Shown here: piece after piece, positions 40,427 through 51,500 of the stretch | Position numbering within the stretch: the first letter of the stretch is position 1 | Layout: the number at the start of each line of letters is the position of its first letter | Source of the DNA: Henriciella sp. | GTDB lineage: Bacteria > Pseudomonadota > Alphaproteobacteria > Caulobacterales > Hyphomonadaceae | Direction: 5' to 3' | Assembly: GCA_013213825.1 (NCBI GenBank) | Contig: JABSQA010000001.1 | Span: 33,017 to 97,016, forward strand | Length of the DNA: 64,000 nt | Made by a program: the position numbers and the translations under genes | The notes under the pieces: model-generated | What the model was told of the DNA's origin: nothing | Seen by the model: only the letters and a program-made list of their open reading frames with translations | Databases searched by the model: none

Positions 40427-41353
40427 ATGATGAAGACATATTGGATGTTAGGCGCCAGCGCCGTGATTCTGGCGGCCTGTTCAGGCGGCAATGAAGCGCC
40501 GACAGAGACCGTCGAAGCCGAAACGCCGCCGGTTGAAGTGGTCGAATCTGGCCCAATCACGCTGGCTGATGCAGTTGCTGGCGATTGGCGCAGCGATGAG
40601 GAGAAGGCCCGCGATGGTTGGCGTAATCCTGCAGAAACACTCGAATTCTTCGAAGTTTCAGCCAGTGATACAGTTGTCGAAATTTGGCCTGGTGGTGGTA
40701 GGTACACGAATGTCCTGGCGCCTTATCTTGCGTCTGGCGATGGTCAACTGATTGCCGCGGTATGGGATGTAAACGTCTTTGAAGGCGAGCGTCTGGCCCG
40801 GATCGAGCAGCGCATCGATGATTTCAAAGCGGTTTATGAAGCCGATGCGGATCTATTCGGCACACTCGAATATAGCGCTTTCTCAGCCCAATCTGGCCCA
40901 CTGGCGGCGCCTGAATCTGTGGATGCTGTGCTTACCTTCCGCAATGTCCACAATTGGATGGGCGGGGATTACTCTCCGAAGTTCTTTGATGATGCCTTTG
41001 CGGCATTGAAACCTGGCGGTGTGCTGGGTGTCGTGGAGCACCGTTTGCCGTCAAGCGCCGAGCAAGACCCACGTGGGGCTACGGGCTATGTTCACGAAGA
41101 CTTCGTGAAAGCCATGGCCGCCGCGTCAGGCTTTGAATTTGTGGCCGCCAGCGAAATCAACGCCAATCCCGCCGACAGCGCTGACCATCCATTCGGCGTT
41201 TGGACCTTGCCGCCGGTCAGCCGCACCACGGATCGTGAAGGCAATGCGCCGGAAGACTTTGACGCTGCCCGTTATGTAGAGATCGGAGAATCGGATCGGA
41301 TGACGCTGAAATTTGTCAAACCCGCCGAAACCGCATCAGAACCGGTCGAGTAA
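40427..41353 (+). CDS. Predicted methyltransferase-like lipoprotein (COG4798-like)
   Basis: Lipobox LAAC; RNPAETLEFF, EIWPGGG, LTFRNVHNW, LKPGG, SEINANP, GESDRMTLKF. Confidence 0.85.
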   Translation: MMKTYWMLGASAVILAACSGGNEAPTETVEAETPPVEVVESGPITLADAVAGDWRSDEEKARDGWRNPAETLEFFEVSASDTVVEIWPGGGRYTNVLAPYLASGDGQLIAAVWDVNVFEGERLARIEQRIDDFKAVYEADADLFGTLEYSAFSAQSGPLAAPESVDAVLTFRNVHNWMGGDYSPKFFDDAFAALKPGGVLGVVEHRLPSSAEQDPRGATGYVHEDFVKAMAAASGFEFVAASEINANPADSADHPFGVWTLPPVSRTTDREGNAPEDFDAARYVEIGESDRMTLKFVKPAETASEPVE

Positions 41354-43975
41354 GCGCTCGAGATACTCGCGCTCGTCTTCATCGACGGCTTCGTCATAGC
41401 GACGGCGCAATTCATCTAGGATGTCCTTGGCACGCTGGCGTTCAGCTTCGTCAGGGACATCCACGCTATTACTATCATCAATCGCGCCCGTTTGCCCGCG
41501 TCCAAACGGGTCCGCGCCCGCTTGTCCGCCGGTTTGTTGATCACCGAGCCGATCGGCACGGGCTTCATCGAGATCCTCTGCCAATCCTTCTGCGAGCTCC
41601 CGCAATTGGCGTGTCGCTTGTTCTTGATTTCGAATAGCGCGGCCTTGATTACCGTCCTCGAGGGCGTTACCAGCGCGGCGCTGAGAGCGCTCGATCGCCT
41701 CAAGCGTGTCTTCATCCAGACCGCCGCCACCTTCGCCTTCACCCTCTTCGCCACCACCCAATTGGTTTTCGGCGAGTTCTTCTATGCGATCTGCGAGCGA
41801 TCTCTGGCGTTCGCTCAGTGAGCGTCCATCTTCGCCTTCCATCCAATCAGGGACGTCGCCTAATCCCTCACCGATTTGCGCATCGCCTTGCTCACCCGGT
41901 TGATCCTGACCCGCTTGTTGATCGCCAGACTGCCCCCGTTCACCGCGTTGTTCTGCGAGCGTTTCGTCATTCAATTCGCGCTGTTCGCGCAGCAAGTCAG
42001 ACAGTTCTCGCATGGTTTCGGTCATTTCCCGCTCTTCTTCGGGCAGGTCTTCGTCACTCTCACCTTGTTCGCCTGGCATGCCAGGGAAACCCTCACCTGA
42101 GCCAGAGCCTTGCTGGAATTCCAGATTCTCCAACATATTGGTAATGTCAGCGAGCAATTGGCGTGCTTGATCCGTGGCGCCGGTTTCGGTCAAATCTTCC
42201 AGCGCATCGAGCATGTCGGAAAAGCCTTGGCCCCCGAGCCCGCTGCCACCCGGTCCTTCTGTACTGTCGCGATTGTCTGGCGGCGCGTCGAGCCCATTAG
42301 CCAGCGCTTCGGCCATTTTGGCGGCGATGTAACGCTGCGCGGCGTCTTTAAACGCGTCCATTAAGCGCCGAATTTCTTCTTCGCTGGCGCCATCTCGCAA
42401 GGCATCTTCAAGCGCCTTCTTGGCGGCCATCAGCGCCGCATATGCGTCTGCCGCTGAGCCATATTCCGCACGTAAGGCGAGGGACCAGAGCAGGGGTTCG
42501 GTGGATTTCGCTTCATCTGTCGAGATAGAGGCTTCCAGCGCATAGCGCGCCGTCTCCAAGCCAGAATAAACCAGGACGTCTCGGAAATAGCGGGGGGCCT
42601 CATAAGTCACCGCTTCCAGCATCACCGCGCCGCGTTGCACCCCTGGAGGCGCTTGTTGCAAACGCTGAGTCGCCGAGACGTAATAGGCATCGGCGCGCGT
42701 GGAATCGAGGGCTGGTTCAGCTTCTGAATAGGGATTGTCTTCCCGTAAGACCGTTACCCGAACATCTTGAATGGCTTTGGCGATGGGCTGTAAGAGCAGC
42801 TTCTCGGGGAGTTTGAACTCATACGGTTCGCTGTAGCCGACCTGACCTGCGCCATCGGTGGCTTTCAAACGCACTTCAACCCGGGCGCCAGCCCAGCGAT
42901 TACGCGTTAGGTCGAGTTTTGCATCTTCTTCGGCCTCGCGCGGGTTAATGCCCCCGAGTTCAACGCCAACCAGGTCAGGCTCGCGCGCTTCAGCGACAGG
43001 TGCGATGGTCAGCTCGAGTTTCGCGACGCCATAATCGTCGCTGGCTTTCCAGCTAAACTCAGTCCGATCGCCCGCGCCGAGCACAGGCATTTCGACGAAT
43101 TCGACTTCTGGAGGTGAATCGGGTGAGGCCAATACGGTCCATGCTTTGCGTTCTCCCCACCAGCGTACAGAGACCGTGCTATCGGCAGTAATCGTAGCGG
43201 TCGTTTCAAAGGCGCCATCCGGCGTGGCCTCGAACCGCTTGCTTTGCCGCCCATCTGCGCTTCGCACGCGCAATCTTGGCGCGGAAGGCGCTTGCGCGCG
43301 TAGCGTCATCACCGATCCCGCCGGAACGCGAATCTCGGATTGATCATCATTGATAAAGATGGGCGCGCGTCCGGTGTGTTCAGGCGGGGCAATCCAAGCT
43401 TCGATGCGAACGGTCTCAGCGCCAAACAAACTGCCATAATCCGGGTCGAGTGCGCTGGCGAAACGCGATGAAGCTTGGGTCCAATTCAATGCCAACGCTG
43501 CGAGCAGCAAAACCGGCAACGCAAACCGCAAATAAAGCGGGTCGATTCGTTTCCAGGTCTCACCAAAGTCCGGCACGCTGAGCCGCCTCACTTCGTCGGT
43601 CAGACGCGTTTCATGGGCGTGCCACAAGGTTACCGCATCGCGCTCAGGTCGAGCGGGACGGTCGGCTAGAGTTGAAAGAGGACGCAATTCCGATTGCGCA
43701 TCCAGCTCTGAAATCGCTTCGTTTCGGGCCGGTGGGCGGTAGCGGTTCAGACCCCGCCAAACCGCAATCCCGCCTCCCAAAAAGGCGATCAAGGTCGCCA
43801 GAGCGGCCAATTGCGCGGGCGCCTGTTCAAAAACGCCCAGGAATACCGCAATCAGAAATACGCTGAGCAACGTGACGAACGGCCACCAAGCGCTCCAAAG
43901 CGCGATTTGCCGAAGTCTCGAAAAGGTTCGGTCAATCAGGCTTTTGGTGCCAGGAATGCGGTTCAGGTCAGCCAA
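41336..43975 (-). CDS. DUF4175/TIGR02302 family membrane protein
   Basis: Two N-terminal TMs, IEAWIAPPEHTG, ALRDGASEEEI, Q/G-rich tail, DPFGR, YLERLLDRF; follows lysA. Confidence 0.88.
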   Translation of the reverse strand: MADLNRIPGTKSLIDRTFSRLRQIALWSAWWPFVTLLSVFLIAVFLGVFEQAPAQLAALATLIAFLGGGIAVWRGLNRYRPPARNEAISELDAQSELRPLSTLADRPARPERDAVTLWHAHETRLTDEVRRLSVPDFGETWKRIDPLYLRFALPVLLLAALALNWTQASSRFASALDPDYGSLFGAETVRIEAWIAPPEHTGRAPIFINDDQSEIRVPAGSVMTLRAQAPSAPRLRVRSADGRQSKRFEATPDGAFETTATITADSTVSVRWWGERKAWTVLASPDSPPEVEFVEMPVLGAGDRTEFSWKASDDYGVAKLELTIAPVAEAREPDLVGVELGGINPREAEEDAKLDLTRNRWAGARVEVRLKATDGAGQVGYSEPYEFKLPEKLLLQPIAKAIQDVRVTVLREDNPYSEAEPALDSTRADAYYVSATQRLQQAPPGVQRGAVMLEAVTYEAPRYFRDVLVYSGLETARYALEASISTDEAKSTEPLLWSLALRAEYGSAADAYAALMAAKKALEDALRDGASEEEIRRLMDAFKDAAQRYIAAKMAEALANGLDAPPDNRDSTEGPGGSGLGGQGFSDMLDALEDLTETGATDQARQLLADITNMLENLEFQQGSGSGEGFPGMPGEQGESDEDLPEEEREMTETMRELSDLLREQRELNDETLAEQRGERGQSGDQQAGQDQPGEQGDAQIGEGLGDVPDWMEGEDGRSLSERQRSLADRIEELAENQLGGGEEGEGEGGGGLDEDTLEAIERSQRRAGNALEDGNQGRAIRNQEQATRQLRELAEGLAEDLDEARADRLGDQQTGGQAGADPFGRGQTGAIDDSNSVDVPDEAERQRAKDILDELRRRYDEAVDEDEREYLERLLDRF

Positions 43976-45228
43976 TCGGGCATTTGCTCCAATTCAATCA
44001 TTTGTTCAAAGCTCGGACGCCGACGGACAATGGCATATTGGTCGCCATCGACAAGAACTTCCGCAACCAGCGGCCTTGCATTGTACTGACTTGAGAGCAC
44101 AGCGCCATAGGCTCCAGATGACATAAACGCAATCCGATCACCCGGCGCGACACTCGGCATAGTCCGTTTGGCGGCAAATTTATCGGTCGATTCGCAGATC
44201 GGTCCGACGATATCATACTCAGTTGATACGCTGCTATCCGCGGGCTGTTTGAGTGGCAACACGTCGTGATGGGCCTGATAGAGCGCAGGGCGCATCAAAT
44301 CATTCATGCCCGCATCAATGATCAAAAAGGTGCGATCCGGTGCAGGCTTGTGATAGAGCGCCTCACTCACCATCACACCCGCATTGCCGGCAATCACGCG
44401 TCCCGGTTCTAGAATGACTTGCAAACCTAGGCCCTCGGTCACGTCACGGATCATTTGAGCATAGTCTGATGGTGGGGCTGGTGTGTCGCTATTGCGATAC
44501 GGAATGCCGAGGCCACCGCCCAGATCGATGCGCCGCAAATCATGACCAGCTTCTCTCAGAAACTTGACCAAACCGACGGTTTTTTCAAACGCCGCACGCA
44601 TCGGAGCCAGTTCGCCGATTTGTGAGCCGATATGGACATCCACGCCCACGGCCTCGACTCCCGGAAGCGCTTTGATTTGGTGGTAAAGCTCGGGTGCCTC
44701 CGCCCATGGCACACCGAATTTGTCGCCCGCTTTGCCGGTAGAAATATTCGGGTGTCCACCGGCGGCGACGTCAGGGTTTACGCGCAATGCGACCGGAGCG
44801 ACTTTGCCTAAACTCATCGCCACTTCAGACAGAGCAATGAGTTCCGCGCCGCTTTCAACATTGAATTGATGAATGCCGACTTCTAGGCCTAAGGCCATTT
44901 CGTCTCGCGTTTTGCCGACGCCGGAAAAGACGATGCGCTCAGCTGGAATACCCGCTGCGAGCGCGCGCCGAAGCTCACCGCCGCTGACCACATCGGCGCC
45001 GCAGCCTTCGCTGGCCAAGGTCTTTAAGACCGCCAGATTGCCATTGGCTTTGACCGAATACGCGATCAAGCAGTCCATGCCGTCAAATGCGGCTGCAATC
45101 ACTTTCGCATGCCGTCGAAGCGTGGCGGTTGAATAGACATAGACGGGCGTGCCGACGGCGTCAGCAATCTCGTCCAAGGCCACACCTTCGCAGTGAAGGC
45201 GGCCATCTTCATAGTTAAAATGATGCAC
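43963..45228 (-). CDS. lysA: Diaminopimelate decarboxylase
   Basis: YSVKAN, DVVSGGE, HIGSQI, DLGGGLG, EPGR, VGPICES. Confidence 0.97.
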   Translation of the reverse strand: MHHFNYEDGRLHCEGVALDEIADAVGTPVYVYSTATLRRHAKVIAAAFDGMDCLIAYSVKANGNLAVLKTLASEGCGADVVSGGELRRALAAGIPAERIVFSGVGKTRDEMALGLEVGIHQFNVESGAELIALSEVAMSLGKVAPVALRVNPDVAAGGHPNISTGKAGDKFGVPWAEAPELYHQIKALPGVEAVGVDVHIGSQIGELAPMRAAFEKTVGLVKFLREAGHDLRRIDLGGGLGIPYRNSDTPAPPSDYAQMIRDVTEGLGLQVILEPGRVIAGNAGVMVSEALYHKPAPDRTFLIIDAGMNDLMRPALYQAHHDVLPLKQPADSSVSTEYDIVGPICESTDKFAAKRTMPSVAPGDRIAFMSSGAYGAVLSSQYNARPLVAEVLVDGDQYAIVRRRPSFEQMIELEQMPDWLT

Positions 45229-45237
45229 GCGCGACTA

Positions 45238-45513
45238 TCAGCCGGGGCTGACCTCCCCCATGCTTTCTTCTTCCACGTCCACGTCGGGCGCAGGCTTTGG
45301 GATCTCGCCGCCTAAAGAGTTGTAATAGGTGGCGTTTTCGCGAATTTCGACGCCCGCAAATTGGGCAGGCGCGTCAACGGGTTGTTGCGCTTCTTCCGTC
45401 GGCGGTTCCGAAAAGATTGGCGACGGACGTTGCAAATCACCGCGTAAACCGCACGCGCCAAGGCTGGCCAGGGCGGAGAGCGCGAGCACTGTCTTTATGT
45501 GTTTCATCGTCAA
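45238..45513 (-). CDS. Small LptM/LppL-like lipoprotein
   Basis: LGACGLRGDLQRP (CGxKGxL-type); usual position between argH and lysA. Confidence 0.75.
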   Translation of the reverse strand: MTMKHIKTVLALSALASLGACGLRGDLQRPSPIFSEPPTEEAQQPVDAPAQFAGVEIRENATYYNSLGGEIPKPAPDVDVEEESMGEVSPG

Positions 45514-45519
45514 GCGCTC

Positions 45520-46917
45520 CTATCCGAGGCGTTGTGTCCATTGTTCAACCTGCTCAGCAACACGCACTGGCGAGGTTCCACCATAACTCTGCCTGCTCAT
45601 GGCAGAAGCTTCAACAGTCAGCACCGAAAATACGTCATTTGTTAGTCGGGGCTCAACGGATTGCATCTGTTCGAGGCTAAGTTCGGGCAGATCACAACCA
45701 CTTTTCTCTGCCAAAGCCACGAGCGAGCCTGTGACATGGTGTGCATCACGGAATGGCATTTTGAGTTCGCGAACCAACCAGTCGGCTAAATCTGTTGCGG
45801 TTGAGAAGCCCTTTGCAGCGGCCGCGCGCATATTCTCTCGATTAAAAGTAATGGTTTCCATCATGCCAGCCATCGAAGCCGCACATAGGCTGAACGTATC
45901 AAAAGCCCCGAAGGTTAGCTGCTTGTCGTCCTGAAGGTCTTTCGCATAGGCGAGCGGTAGCGCTTTTACCGCGCCTTGTAAGGCTGCGAACTGACCCGTG
46001 ATCAAGCTGGCTTTGGCGCGAACCAGTTCAGCCGCATCTGGGTTGCGTTTTTGCGGCATGATGGATGATCCCGTTGACCATCCGTCAGAGAGTTTCGCAA
46101 AGGCGAATTGAGCGCTCGTCCACAGCACGATTTCTTCTGCCAGGCGTGACAGGTGGGTGGCTGCGATGGACAGGGCCGATAGCGCTTCCAAAGCGAAGTC
46201 CCGGGCCGAAACAGCATCGAGCGAATTGGCCATTGGTCGGTAGAATCCGAGCGCTTCGGCGGTGGCGTCACGATCGATCGAAAAACCGGTGCCGGCCAAA
46301 GCTGCGGATCCGAGTGGGCTTTCATTTAAGCGACGGGCGCAATCATCCAAGCGGGAACGATCCCGCTCAATCATTTCAACATAAGCCAGCATGTGATGGC
46401 CGAGCGTCACCGGTTGCGCGGTTTGGAGGTGTGTGAAGCCTGGCATCACGGCGTCGGTGTGATCGCTCGCAATTTTGACCAGTGCGCGTTGCAATTGCTT
46501 CAAGCTGCGCCGGGCTTCTGTCAGCGCACCGCGGGTCCAGAGGCGAAAGTCCGTTACGACCTGATCATTCCGCGATCGCGCGGTATGAAGACGACCGGCA
46601 GGTTCGCCGATCAGTTCTTTCAACCGGGCTTCGACATTCATATGAATGTCTTCCAGCTCCACCCGATAGGGGAAGGTTCCGGCTTCGACTTCCGCAACAA
46701 TCTGATCCAATCCGTCCTGGATGGCGTCATTGTCGGCTTCGGAAATGATCTCTTGTTCCGCCAACATATCGGCATGAGCGCGAGATCCGGCCACATCTTC
46801 ACGGACCATACGCTTGTCGACATCAATCGAGGCATTGATGGATTGCATAATATCGCTTGGCTGTGCGGCGAAGCGTCCACCCCACATTTCCTGGCCTTTT
46901 GAGCGTTCTGTCGCCAT
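45520..46917 (-). CDS. argH: Argininosuccinate lyase
   Basis: [40 protein letters not shown]. Confidence 0.98.
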   Translation of the reverse strand: MATERSKGQEMWGGRFAAQPSDIMQSINASIDVDKRMVREDVAGSRAHADMLAEQEIISEADNDAIQDGLDQIVAEVEAGTFPYRVELEDIHMNVEARLKELIGEPAGRLHTARSRNDQVVTDFRLWTRGALTEARRSLKQLQRALVKIASDHTDAVMPGFTHLQTAQPVTLGHHMLAYVEMIERDRSRLDDCARRLNESPLGSAALAGTGFSIDRDATAEALGFYRPMANSLDAVSARDFALEALSALSIAATHLSRLAEEIVLWTSAQFAFAKLSDGWSTGSSIMPQKRNPDAAELVRAKASLITGQFAALQGAVKALPLAYAKDLQDDKQLTFGAFDTFSLCAASMAGMMETITFNRENMRAAAAKGFSTATDLADWLVRELKMPFRDAHHVTGSLVALAEKSGCDLPELSLEQMQSVEPRLTNDVFSVLTVEASAMSRQSYGGTSPVRVAEQVEQWTQRLG

Positions 46918-46959
46918 ATCGCTGTCTAGTCCTTAGTCTTGTTGAGGCCATCAGACCCC

Positions 46960-47562
46960 ATGGATCGTTTTTTGCGCATTGCCATCCCAACCATGTTCGC
47001 TGGAATCGTCTTGGCGCTGCTTTACGCCGTCTTTAGCGCCAGTTCAAAGGGAAGTAACCGCGACCCTGTGGCCAGGTTGGCTGTGGGGGCTCTGTCTAAG
47101 CTGGACACAAGTGATCGTGGGGCCTCAGCGCCGTCCGCGGTGTTTGTTGATTCAGAAGGCAATTCAGTCACCTATCAAGACTTCCAAGGCCAGGCGATTC
47201 TTGTGAATTTTTGGGCGACATGGTGTGGTCCTTGCGAGCGAGAGATGCCGTCCTTAGCGGCCTTGCAAACCTCCCGCGGTGACGAGAATTTCAAAGTCAT
47301 CGCATTGACTGTGGATTCGCCAGAAGACCGCGATTACGCCCCGCAAAGACTGCGCGAATTGTCGGGCGGCGTTCTAGACTTTTACGCCCTGGCGGACGGC
47401 CCTGACGGCTGGAATGTGGTCTATGATAGTGGCGCAGGAGGTGGATTTCCCACCACCATTCTATACGACAAAGCCGGGCTGAAAATCGCCAAAGTTGAGG
47501 GCGAGGCGGATTGGGCGAGTTATGAAGCTGTTGCCTTGGTGGATTTGATCAAGAGCCAATAA
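46960..47562 (+). CDS. tlpA: TlpA-like thiol:disulfide oxidoreductase
   Basis: VNFWATWCGPCEREMP; N-terminal anchor; divergent from argH. Confidence 0.85.
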   Translation: MDRFLRIAIPTMFAGIVLALLYAVFSASSKGSNRDPVARLAVGALSKLDTSDRGASAPSAVFVDSEGNSVTYQDFQGQAILVNFWATWCGPCEREMPSLAALQTSRGDENFKVIALTVDSPEDRDYAPQRLRELSGGVLDFYALADGPDGWNVVYDSGAGGGFPTTILYDKAGLKIAKVEGEADWASYEAVALVDLIKSQ

Positions 47563-48298
47563 ATCCATCCCAGAGCAGTTTCAGCCCGACTGCGAAGATG
47601 AGTCCGTAAAGCACGCGATAGAAGAGTTGCTGATCGATCCGTTTGACCAACCACGCGCCAAGCAAAACGCCAAATGGCGCAATAGGAATGAGGATAAGCG
47701 AGGTGGTCAAATTGGTTTGATCAAATTGTCCCAGCATGGCGTAAGGCAGGACTTTGACGAAATTGACGACAAAGAAAAACATCACGGCTGTGCCCGCAAA
47801 GACCTGTTTGTCGAGGTTTTGTGGGATCGTGTAGGCTTGATATGGGGGGCCACCCGCATGCGCGATGAAGCTGGTAAAGCCCGCAACGGTTCCCGAAATG
47901 AAGCCGAGTGGCCGGTTGTTCTTGATAAAGGCGTCGCCGCCGCGTGGCTTGAAAATGGCGTAGATCGGAAACAACACGGCGATTATGCCGACAAAAATTC
48001 GGACGACGCGATCATCCACATAACCGGCGAGCAAGCCTCCCGCCGCAATCCCGATTATGGCACCGGGTAAGATCAGCATCAGCAATTTGCGATCCCAGTG
48101 TTTGCGATACGTCCAAACCCCGACCCAATCCATCACGATCAAGATGGGCAGCATAATCCCTGCGGCTTGAATCGGAGAGATGACCAACGCCATCAAGGGC
48201 ACGGCCAGCAGAGCCAACCCGCCAAATCCGCCTTTCGAAATGCCGGTAATCAGGACGGAGAAAACCGCTACGCCCCAAAAGATTGGATCATGCAACAT
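47549..48298 (-). CDS. TauE/SafE (TSUP) family membrane protein
   Basis: GISKGGFGG, AAGIMLP, FIAHAGGPP. Confidence 0.88.
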   Translation of the reverse strand: MLHDPIFWGVAVFSVLITGISKGGFGGLALLAVPLMALVISPIQAAGIMLPILIVMDWVGVWTYRKHWDRKLLMLILPGAIIGIAAGGLLAGYVDDRVVRIFVGIIAVLFPIYAIFKPRGGDAFIKNNRPLGFISGTVAGFTSFIAHAGGPPYQAYTIPQNLDKQVFAGTAVMFFFVVNFVKVLPYAMLGQFDQTNLTTSLILIPIAPFGVLLGAWLVKRIDQQLFYRVLYGLIFAVGLKLLWDGFIGS

Positions 48299-48315
48299 GC
48301 GGCTCTATGGCCGGT

Positions 48316-49353
48316 TTATTCGATCAAATCCAGCGCCAGAAGCAATGTCCGCTGGTCGCGACTGAAATTGTCATCCGAAACCACCCAGATCCTGATACCG
48401 CCAGCGGGATTACGGCCGATCGCCACGCCCTCATAATTGTCTGCTGGTAAGCCCCCGTGCAAACGGGCTTGCGCGATGAGGCCTTCTGATGACTCCACTT
48501 TTACCAGTCCCCGGGCTCCGCGGATCGGGTCATATGCCCGGAAGAGTGTTGCCGAGAGGTCGAACGCTTGATCCATGCCGGTCAATAGAAAGAGGAGCGG
48601 TTGTTCGGTCCGGTACGTATCGGTGAAGCCGCCATCGATCTGGAGCGTCGCGATTGGAGAGCCTGTTATATTGCGCGTCTCAAACCCGATCTCTATCTCA
48701 TCGCCATTAAACGCTAAGGCCTCACCGCCGCGATTGTTTTCGAGCACTTGCTCATCAACGACGCGATCAAGTTTGGTCAGCAAGGCACCATGTGCCGCTG
48801 CCCCGCAGGTCTCTAAATCATAGACTTGGATCCGGTGATCTTGCTCGAAACTGACAAAAGCAAGGCCATCGCGTAGCGCCAGGTCTTCTGAATCAGCGGC
48901 GCGTTTGTGTCGAAAGATGCGGCCTGTTTCGTCCCGCATATCGGCCATGGAGGCAAACCCGTCCGGCGTCCCAGTTGCTGCATCGATACCGATCCATACG
49001 AATTTGCCGTCATCAGTGACCAAGAGCAGCGAACCAGAGTCCAAGACGTCTATTCCTGACAGTCCGCCAAATTTCGACTCATTGGATTTCAGATGCCACG
49101 CGCCAACCAGGTCTAGGCCAGATAGATTTTGATTTCGGTCGTCTTCGCTGCCACGTTCTGCCTCTATAATGCGGAGCGATAACGGGTCTGCGCGTTGAAA
49201 GTCAGTGCCCTCTGGACAAGAACGTTTTCTGAGATCGTCGACCGCCGCTTGATAGGTCCATTTTTCGGCGCCGCTTGGGGTGTCTGCCGTAGAAACCGCA
49301 GTCGCCGCACACCCGGCGAGCATCACGCTCAAAGACAAGAAAATCGCGCGCAT
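48316..49353 (-). CDS. Esterase-like activity of phytase family lipoprotein
   Basis: FGGLSG, DSEDL, VSFEQDHRI, NYEGV, VVSDDNF; lipobox LAGC. Confidence 0.85.
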   Translation of the reverse strand: MRAIFLSLSVMLAGCAATAVSTADTPSGAEKWTYQAAVDDLRKRSCPEGTDFQRADPLSLRIIEAERGSEDDRNQNLSGLDLVGAWHLKSNESKFGGLSGIDVLDSGSLLLVTDDGKFVWIGIDAATGTPDGFASMADMRDETGRIFRHKRAADSEDLALRDGLAFVSFEQDHRIQVYDLETCGAAAHGALLTKLDRVVDEQVLENNRGGEALAFNGDEIEIGFETRNITGSPIATLQIDGGFTDTYRTEQPLLFLLTGMDQAFDLSATLFRAYDPIRGARGLVKVESSEGLIAQARLHGGLPADNYEGVAIGRNPAGGIRIWVVSDDNFSRDQRTLLLALDLIE

Positions 49354-49408
49354 AGAATACCTCTTCAGGACCGTCTGATCGTAGCAATACGGCTATTTTG
49401 CGAACACA

Positions 49409-51421
49409 TTACATCCGAGTGCGGCGCACGTCGCGGCCCGAGCCAACTTTTGGTCCGCCATAGCGCGGCGCGCCCGATGCGGCGCCACTGGTTGCACTTC
49501 CTGGGCGTACGGTTTCACGCGTCAGGGGCGGCACGGCCATGGCTTCAGGTTTTGGGGCCTCGCCATTCTCGTCAAATAGGCTCGCGAGCTGTTCGGTCAT
49601 CGCGCCCCCCAATTGTTCAGCATCGACAATGGTGACAGCGCGTTTGTAGTAACGCGTGACATCGTGGCCGATGCCAATGGCGATCAGCTCGACCGGGCTG
49701 CGGGTCTCAATCTCTTCAATGACTTGGCGCAAGTGGCGTTCCAGATAATTGCCCACATTCACCGACAGAGTGGAATCATCCACGGGTGCGCCGTCAGAAA
49801 TCACCATCATGATTTTGCGCTGTTCCGACCGGCCAAGCAGGCGGTCATGCGCCCAAAGCAAGGCTTCACCGTCAATATTCTCTTTCAACAAGCCTTCGCG
49901 CATCATCAGACCAAGATTACGGCGCGCACGACGCCACGGGGCATCGGCAGATTTATAGATGATGTGCCGCAAATCATTTAGGCGACCTGGACCCGCCGGT
50001 TTGCCTGCTTTGACCCAATCCTCACGGCTGAGCCCGCCTTTCCAGGCTTTCGTCGTAAAGCCAAGAATTTCAACTTTCACCCCGCACCGTTCAAGCGTCC
50101 GCGCGAGGATATCGGCGCACAAGGCTGCGACCATGATCGGACGTCCCCGCATGGACCCAGAATTGTCGAGCAGAAGGGTCACAACCGTATCGCGGAAATT
50201 GCTGTCGTCTTCTTGCTTAAAGCTCAGAGGCGCCGTCGGATCCGTAATGACGCGGGTCAATCGAGCCGTATCCAATACGCCTTCCTCAAGGTCGAAAGAC
50301 CAAGACCGGTTTTGCTGGGCCATCAAACGACGCTGGAGTTTATTGGCGAGTTTTGAGACAGCGCCTTGCAAGCTCTCCAACTGATGGTCGAGATAGGCGC
50401 GAAGGCGGACCAGTTCTTCCGGGTCACAGAGATCTACCGCTTGGGCGACCTCATCATTGTCCTTGGTAAAGGCCTTGTACTGGAAGCGATCTGTTTCATC
50501 GCCATCGCGGAAATTGGGCCGCAAGGGTTTGGTGCCATCATCGGTGTCTTCGGGATTGTCTTCGGCGTCCATGTCGACATCAGCGTCGATTGAGACATTG
50601 GTCTCTTCGCCTTCCATGTCTTCTGTTTCGCCAGCCTCGACTTCCTCCATCGTGGCGCCTTGGGTCTCTTCGCCCGACTCGCCATCATCCGAAGAATTCT
50701 CTTGATTATTTTGTTCGGCTTCGTCTTCAGAAGCTTCATCCTGCTCGCCTTGGTCGTCGGCCACTTCGTCGCCTTTGGTAAAGGTGCGGACGATTTGCTG
50801 AACGGTTTCAGCGAATGCGGCTTGGTCGTCGATTTGCGAAATGAGCTGATCTCGCAACTCTTCAATCACGCCATCTAATGGCCGTTGACCGTCGGCCCCG
50901 ACCTCTTGGCGCCAGAGATTGGCAAAGCCAGCGGCGGGTTTTGGCAGGTCTCGCCCCGTCAGGCGTTCACGCAATAAAAACTCGATCGCAGGCGCGAGCG
51001 GGGCATTTGTACGGTCGTCTATGCGGCTATATCCGGCCTTCTCGCATCGTAATGCCAGCGCGGCGTCGAGATTGTCGGCTGTGCCTTGCATCGCGCGCGC
51101 GCCGATGCTCTCAATGCGGGCGCGTTCAGCGGCTTCATAGACTTGCCGTCCGACTTCGCTGTCGGGTCGAAATTTGGCGTGTGCGATCGGGTCATGGTGG
51201 GCCATGCGCAAGGCTGTTGCATCTGCATCGCCGCGGGCTTGAGCCGCTTGTTCAGGGCTCAAATCTCTAGGCGGCGGGGGCAGGACGATCCGTTCAGCTT
51301 CAGCGCGCGGGCCATCGCCGGAATAGGACACTTCGACGTCGCGCGTTTGGCTCATCGCCTTGGCGGTCGTAGCCAAGGCTTGTTTGAACAATTCATAGGG
51401 CGCATCGTCGGTTTTAGACAT
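49409..51421 (-). CDS. cobT: CobT (cobaltochelatase-type VWA subunit)
   Basis: [58 protein letters not shown]. Confidence 0.95.
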   Translation of the reverse strand: MSKTDDAPYELFKQALATTAKAMSQTRDVEVSYSGDGPRAEAERIVLPPPPRDLSPEQAAQARGDADATALRMAHHDPIAHAKFRPDSEVGRQVYEAAERARIESIGARAMQGTADNLDAALALRCEKAGYSRIDDRTNAPLAPAIEFLLRERLTGRDLPKPAAGFANLWRQEVGADGQRPLDGVIEELRDQLISQIDDQAAFAETVQQIVRTFTKGDEVADDQGEQDEASEDEAEQNNQENSSDDGESGEETQGATMEEVEAGETEDMEGEETNVSIDADVDMDAEDNPEDTDDGTKPLRPNFRDGDETDRFQYKAFTKDNDEVAQAVDLCDPEELVRLRAYLDHQLESLQGAVSKLANKLQRRLMAQQNRSWSFDLEEGVLDTARLTRVITDPTAPLSFKQEDDSNFRDTVVTLLLDNSGSMRGRPIMVAALCADILARTLERCGVKVEILGFTTKAWKGGLSREDWVKAGKPAGPGRLNDLRHIIYKSADAPWRRARRNLGLMMREGLLKENIDGEALLWAHDRLLGRSEQRKIMMVISDGAPVDDSTLSVNVGNYLERHLRQVIEEIETRSPVELIAIGIGHDVTRYYKRAVTIVDAEQLGGAMTEQLASLFDENGEAPKPEAMAVPPLTRETVRPGSATSGAASGAPRYGGPKVGSGRDVRRTRM

Positions 51422-51500
51422 TCCGATGACTTAGCGCGCGTGCTGAAGTTTGCGAAGCCTAAAAGCACCGCAAAGCCGAGTTGTCGCGGGGTGAAATCGG

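Noticed and set aside
41400-42300. Q/G/E-rich repetitive stretch
   Set aside because: Normal low-complexity tail of DUF4175 proteins; no DNA tandem repeat
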